Shown here: piece by piece, positions 7,063 through 10,827 of the stretch
Layout: every line of letters begins with the position of its first letter
How positions within the stretch are numbered: the first letter of the stretch is position 1
Assembly (NCBI GenBank): GCA_965369865.1
Contig: CBDURU010000118.1
Location: 1 to 10,827 of the forward strand
Direction: 5' to 3'
DNA: 10,827 nt
Origin: an uncultured bacterium
GTDB taxonomy: Bacteria > JAJVIF01 > JAPKYR01
Program-made: the position numbers and the translations under genes
Notes under the pieces: generated by a model
What the model saw: the letters and a program-made list of their open reading frames with translations, nothing else
What the model was told of the DNA's origin: nothing
Database searches by the model: none

Positions 7063-7623
7063 TCAGCGTTTACGTCCTCGTCCGCCACGACCCTTGCCTC
7101 CTCCAACGCCGCCTCCCTTGCGACGACCACCAGGACCACGACCGATCCCGGGATCACCCCCAGCGCCATCCCGAGCCCATTTTCGTCGCCTGCCCCCCTG
7201 TCCGCCGGCGGAATCCGCGGGTGAAATGGATTCCGATATATTTCCGCCACCGCACGCCGGGCAAAGCTTGCTGGGTTTCGATCCCTCAAATATCAGCCAC
7301 TGGTTACTGCAATCATTGCATACATAATGGTTCATCATATGTGCGTCACCGCCCTCGATATTGATCGAACGACCCTCAACGAGCGCAGCGATTGTTTTCG
7401 CGCGCGCGGTCACCAGCATACGTCCGACCGTTTGCCTGCTTACGCCCAGAAGCTCAGCGGCCGCGTCCTGATAAAGACCCCCATAATCGACCAGGCGAAG
7501 AGCCTCGTACTCATCCCAGCCTAGTTCGATCGGCTCGATATCATTGCCGGTCCGGTCGCCTGGCACAAGTGTCCTCGTTCCGGGATCGGTTGTTACATAT
7601 CTGGGCTTTCTGGGTCTGGGCAT
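7063..7623 (-). CDS. DUF134 (UPF0251) predicted HTH DNA-binding protein with Zn-ribbon and Gly/Arg-rich tail
   Basis: MPRPRKPR...LGWDEYEALRLVDYGGLYQDAAAELLGVSRQTVGRML..AR.K...ALVEGRSI.IEGG is the DUF134 signature. It is followed by CNDC...CPACG and a basic Gly-rich tail. Confidence 0.9.
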   Translation of the reverse strand: MPRPRKPRYVTTDPGTRTLVPGDRTGNDIEPIELGWDEYEALRLVDYGGLYQDAAAELLGVSRQTVGRMLVTARAKTIAALVEGRSINIEGGDAHMMNHYVCNDCSNQWLIFEGSKPSKLCPACGGGNISESISPADSAGGQGGRRRKWARDGAGGDPGIGRGPGGRRKGGGVGGGKGRGGRGRKR

Positions 7624-7645
7624 TGTTTTTAATATACCGTTTTAG

Positions 7646-7691
7646 TTTTAAGCATATGCTCATAATTACCACACTATCATAGAATTGTCAA
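7646..7691 (-). promoter_or_regulatory. Putative promoter and palindromic operator of the DUF134 operon
   Basis: Minus-strand TTGACA at 7691-7686, a 17-nt spacer ending in TGG, and a weak -10 TAATTA at 7668-7663. This abuts a perfect palindrome AGCATATGCT (7651-7660) within the imperfect dyad TTTTAAGCATATGCTCATAA (7646-7665). Confidence 0.6.
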
Positions 7692-7951
7692 GTGGGCCAT
7701 TGGAAAAATATACGGGAATAATGCTGATCCACGGGTGCATCCGGCAATTGATTTTTACGCGTTCTGGACAGCTTGTGCTGAATTGAACGACGAAATAACT
7801 ATCAAAAGGGTAGGCCCATAACCGGTAAAGGTGACTTAACCGCCCGGATGCTTTATCCTTCGGGTCGATCCTGTCCGGAATCAGATTATCCCGGACAGCG
7901 GTGATCCGATACAATTCCGCATTATCAGGACCTGAATTGCAGGATTCGCAC

Positions 7952-9646
7952 ATGCAAGACTTAACATATCTACGGGACCTGGTGGTGATTTTAGGGTTTG
8001 GTATTGTGGTAGTTGCGATATTCCACAAGCTCAAGTTGCCATCTATCGCAGGCCTCATCGTTGTCGGCATCGTTGTTGGTCCCCACAGTCTGGGAATAAT
8101 AAACGATACACATCAGGTTGAAGTTCTGGCGGAAATCGGGGTTGCGCTCCTGTTGTTTGGTATTGGCCTGGAACTTTCCCTGGAGAAACTGCGCCGTTTA
8201 TGGAAATTGATCCTGGCGGGCGGGTTGATCCAGGTCGGCCTTACTATCGGTACTGCTTACGCCATTTCAAGATTCTGGGGTTTGCCACCCGGCACGGGGA
8301 TCTTTGTGGGGTTTCTTGTCGCTTTGTCAAGTACGGCTATAGTGTTGAGAGGCTTGCAGCAGAGAAGCGAAGTGGACACCCCGCATGGCCGTCTGATATT
8401 GGGTATCCTTGTGTTTCAGGATTTTGCGGTGGTGCCGATGATGTTAATGATTCCCTTCCTGAGCGGGCAGGGCGGCTTCACACAGAATATCACTTCCGCT
8501 ATGCTGACCTCTCTGGCGATTGTTGCCGGAGTACTACTCGCCGCTTATCTCATCGTTCCACGCCTCTTGAAATACATAGCCAGAACACGACAGCGGCATC
8601 TGTTCATTCTAACCATGTTCGTTATCTGCAGCGGAACAGCATGGCTTATTACTCTTTCCGGGGCTTCACTAGCTATTGGTGCGTTCCTGGCCGGATTGGT
8701 TGTCGCCGGCAGCGAATACCGTCATCAGGCGCTTGCCGATCTGATCTCATTTCGGGAAGTTTTTGCCAGTTTGTTCTTCGTCTCTGTAGGAATGTTGCTT
8801 GCACCATTGGTATTGCTTGAGAACCTTGTGCCGATACTGATTCTCCTGGTCGCCATCCTTTTCGGCAAATCCCTCATAGTTTTTATCACTGCCTCCTTAA
8901 TCCGAATGCCGCTCAGGGTGTGCCTGTTGTCCGCAGTTGCATTGGCTCAAATTGGTGAATTTTCTCTCGTTCTGATATTTGCCGCAAAGGGAAGCGGTTT
9001 AATTGGTGAACCACTCGAAAGCAATCTCTTGACAGCGGCGGTTCTATCCATGTTGTTAACACCTTTTGCTCTGGCCTTTGGTCCAAGGCTGGCGGCAGGG
9101 GCGGGTAAGATTCACATTCTGAACCGTCTCTTAAATGTCGCTCCGGCTGAGGATGCCGACAATCGCATACGCACGATAAAAGACCATGTGATTATCGGTG
9201 GATTTGGATTTGCAGGTTTGGAACTGGCCGGGGCACTCGACCATTGCCGCATCCCCAACGTTATTGTGGATATCAATATCGCGAATGTGCGCACCGCATC
9301 GCAGAGTGGCTATCAAGCATTTTTCGGCGATGTCACCAGCCATGAAGTACTTGTGCAGATGGGGGCGACACGGGCAAAGGAACTGATTCTTGTAATCAAT
9401 GATCCTTCCGCGGCGGAACGAGCTGTAAGGATCGCCCGAAGTCTTGCTCCGGATTTATACATCATAGTGCGAACATATTTTCTGCTGGATATTGAGCCGC
9501 TTCTGGCCGCGGGGGCTGACGAGGTGGTTGCTGCCGAACGGACCGCGGCGGTGGAGGTTACCTCTCGCGTTCTGAAGAGACACCGGATCGATTCGGACCG
9601 GATTTCCCGGCAGTGTACTTCTATTCGCAGCCGCACCGAGTTATAA
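7952..9646 (+). CDS. CPA2-family (Kef/YbaL-like) monovalent cation:proton antiporter with TrkA-N/RCK-N domain
   Basis: CPA2 motifs GIVVGP, AEIGVALLLFGIGLELS, LSSTAIV, GILVFQD, GAFLAGL, FFVSVGM and LAQIGEFS, plus a C-terminal Rossmann motif HVIIGGFGFAG and FFGDVT. The start was moved from GTG 7901 to the in-frame ATG 7952, which has AGGA 7 nt upstream and gives the family-typical N-terminus (564 aa). Confidence 0.9.
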   Translation: MQDLTYLRDLVVILGFGIVVVAIFHKLKLPSIAGLIVVGIVVGPHSLGIINDTHQVEVLAEIGVALLLFGIGLELSLEKLRRLWKLILAGGLIQVGLTIGTAYAISRFWGLPPGTGIFVGFLVALSSTAIVLRGLQQRSEVDTPHGRLILGILVFQDFAVVPMMLMIPFLSGQGGFTQNITSAMLTSLAIVAGVLLAAYLIVPRLLKYIARTRQRHLFILTMFVICSGTAWLITLSGASLAIGAFLAGLVVAGSEYRHQALADLISFREVFASLFFVSVGMLLAPLVLLENLVPILILLVAILFGKSLIVFITASLIRMPLRVCLLSAVALAQIGEFSLVLIFAAKGSGLIGEPLESNLLTAAVLSMLLTPFALAFGPRLAAGAGKIHILNRLLNVAPAEDADNRIRTIKDHVIIGGFGFAGLELAGALDHCRIPNVIVDINIANVRTASQSGYQAFFGDVTSHEVLVQMGATRAKELILVINDPSAAERAVRIARSLAPDLYIIVRTYFLLDIEPLLAAGADEVVAAERTAAVEVTSRVLKRHRIDSDRISRQCTSIRSRTEL

Positions 9647-9685
9647 AAGGAATAAAAGAGGGCAGTGACGAATGGCGCATTTTTA
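9644..9685 (+). repeat. 42-bp direct repeat, copy 1
   Basis: TAAAAGGAATAAAAGAGGGCAGTGACGAATGGCGCATTTTTA, 37/42 identical and ungapped relative to 10763-10804. Confidence 0.85.
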
Positions 9686-9695
9686 TGCGCTCATT
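9671..9695 (+). terminator. Hairpin downstream of the antiporter (possible terminator or stabiliser)
   Basis: AATG-GCGCAT-TTTT-ATGCGC-T-CATT stem-loop beginning about 25 nt after the stop codon. It has no good U-tract. Confidence 0.35.
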
Positions 9696-9817
9696 ATCAG
9701 TAATTAAAAGACATTTGAGAGATTCAATAATGAGAGGGCGTGCCGGGAGTTGATTGAACAACGGAGTTACGGTGCTTTATTCTCCTCATTTATCCATGCA
9801 TCTTCTGAACACGGTCA

Positions 9818-9846
9818 TGCTATAATTAGTCCTGACTGGCAGGGAG
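9818..9846 (+). promoter_or_regulatory. Extended -10 promoter and RBS of the last gene
   Basis: TG-C-TATAAT at 9818-9826 is a consensus extended -10. AGGGAG at 9841-9846 precedes the ATG at 9857. Confidence 0.65.
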
Positions 9847-9856
9847 CTGAGACGAT

Positions 9857-10729
9857 ATGGCAACAATTTACTACATAGTTATCCCTCTTGTGCTCAATCT
9901 GTTTTTTCTTGCACTGATTGTCGTTGGATTCATCCGATTCAAAAAGCCGGAATCCGGACAACTCATTATCCCCGGATTTATCGGTCTCGCGATTTGTGTT
10001 TGGTTCTTCTTACCAATGCTCTGGTTTAGCCTTGTCATGGACGTTAGTATCAGTTTTGACAATTACGTCAAATTAATGAATCTGACGATGTCACCAATCG
10101 CAATTTTTATGCCCGCGATAATTCTTTTTATTCTGTTCATTCTCGGGATTGTAAAACGTGATCATAAATATTCCGGTAAGTTCAGGTTATATGGTGGTGT
10201 AGGAGCACTGATCTTCTTTTTTCTTTTGGCGATAGCCCTTCCAAGCATGATTAAACATCCCGCACCGGCAGCGGATGCGGAAGTGAAAGCAAACATCCAG
10301 ACTATCCGGATTGCTTTGGAACGATACGGTGAGGATCACAGCGGGGTATATCCAGAGCGAATCGAAACGTTAATCGATGACGGATTCATGGCCGTTTTTC
10401 CACGGAATCCATTTATTTGGCAAGCCAGTGATGGTTCGATTGATCAGTCTGTTTACGAAGACAATAGTACATATTTACCGATGAAAAATGTTCCCTACGG
10501 CTCTCCGGATTTTGAGGGTAACTTCACCTACTTAACTGTAATAATTGATGATGACGTTGTGGGATTTTACCTGATCGGATATGGATACAAAAAAACTATC
10601 GGAGAACGTCTTATCAGCCCGGATGTCGAAGATCATGTGATCATAGTTGTTGAGAGCACTATCAGGCAACCACCGGAGCCTTTCCCAACAGTCCAGGATG
10701 TCATACTTCAATCCCAATCATCCGATTAA
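9857..10729 (+). CDS. Multi-pass membrane protein with C-terminal pseudopilin (GspG/type IV pilin-like) domain
   Basis: Four hydrophobic segments in the first ~130 aa. They are followed by LLAIALPSM...AEVKANIQTIRIALERYGEDHSGVYP...L......FPRNPF, which resembles the pilin/GspG alpha1 helix and its YP...DPW region. Confidence 0.65.
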   Translation: MATIYYIVIPLVLNLFFLALIVVGFIRFKKPESGQLIIPGFIGLAICVWFFLPMLWFSLVMDVSISFDNYVKLMNLTMSPIAIFMPAIILFILFILGIVKRDHKYSGKFRLYGGVGALIFFFLLAIALPSMIKHPAPAADAEVKANIQTIRIALERYGEDHSGVYPERIETLIDDGFMAVFPRNPFIWQASDGSIDQSVYEDNSTYLPMKNVPYGSPDFEGNFTYLTVIIDDDVVGFYLIGYGYKKTIGERLISPDVEDHVIIVVESTIRQPPEPFPTVQDVILQSQSSD

Positions 10730-10762
10730 CCTTCATGCCTACTGTAGAACTTTCAAGATATC

Positions 10763-10804
10763 TAAAAGGTATAAAAGGGGACAGTGACCAATGGCACATT
10801 TTTA
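10763..10804 (+). repeat. 42-bp direct repeat, copy 2
   Basis: TAAAAGGTATAAAAGGGGACAGTGACCAATGGCACATTTTTA, 37/42 identical to 9644-9685. Confidence 0.85.
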
Positions 10805-10827
10805 AGGGCGCGACACCGCATGAATAA

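Noticed and set aside
6237..7682. Pro-rich plus-strand ORFs (6805-7014, 7094-7327 and others) and the minus-strand ORF 7011-7289
   Set aside because: The poly-Pro content mirrors Gly codons on the coding strand. The minus-strand DUF134, DUF5320 and NifX frames carry the family motifs.
7798..7850. Superficial resemblance to the SAM-I riboswitch (ATCAAAAG...GGCCC...GGTG) and to c-di-AMP riboswitch fragments (GCTGAAT, GACAGC nearby)
   Set aside because: Core conserved elements are missing (GAGGGA and GCAACC for SAM-I, GGRGGAACC and CAGCTAAC for c-di-AMP), so neither known class is called.
7901..7951. GTG start at 7901 for the antiporter
   Set aside because: ATG 7952 has an AGGA RBS at suitable spacing and gives the typical CPA2 N-terminus, whereas the 17-aa extension is hydrophilic and atypical.
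7666..9636. ORFs 7666-8070 (-), 8200-8820 (+) and short ORFs at 9112-9636
   Set aside because: They overlap the antiporter in other frames and lack protein-like motifs.
9644..10804. CRISPR array or integron attC interpretation of the 42-bp repeats
   Set aside because: There are only two copies separated by more than 1 kb, with no cas or intI gene and no clear RYYYAAC...GTTRRRY paired ends.

Overview
Bacterial window, probably from an anaerobe, with seven credible genes. In order: (1) a minus-strand cation-chloride cotransporter (SLC12/CCC-like APC-superfamily permease); (2) a divergent 1079-aa acidic lipoprotein with an unknown N-terminal domain, a PKD domain and about 14 LVIVD-type repeats; (3-5) a compact minus-strand DUF134(+Zn ribbon) - DUF5320 - NifB/NifX operon with a palindrome at its promoter; (6) a divergent CPA2/Kef-type cation:proton antiporter with an RCK-N domain; and (7) a multi-pass membrane protein ending in a pseudopilin-like domain. 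The most notable non-coding signals are three copies of a CATGYGC-N5-KCGCATR dyad between the CCC and lipoprotein genes, a region of alternative base-pairing upstream of the antiporter (possible cis-regulatory RNA), and a 42-bp direct repeat bracketing the last gene. No rRNA, tRNA, CRISPR array or transposase was seen. All family calls come from motif recognition by eye, not database searches.
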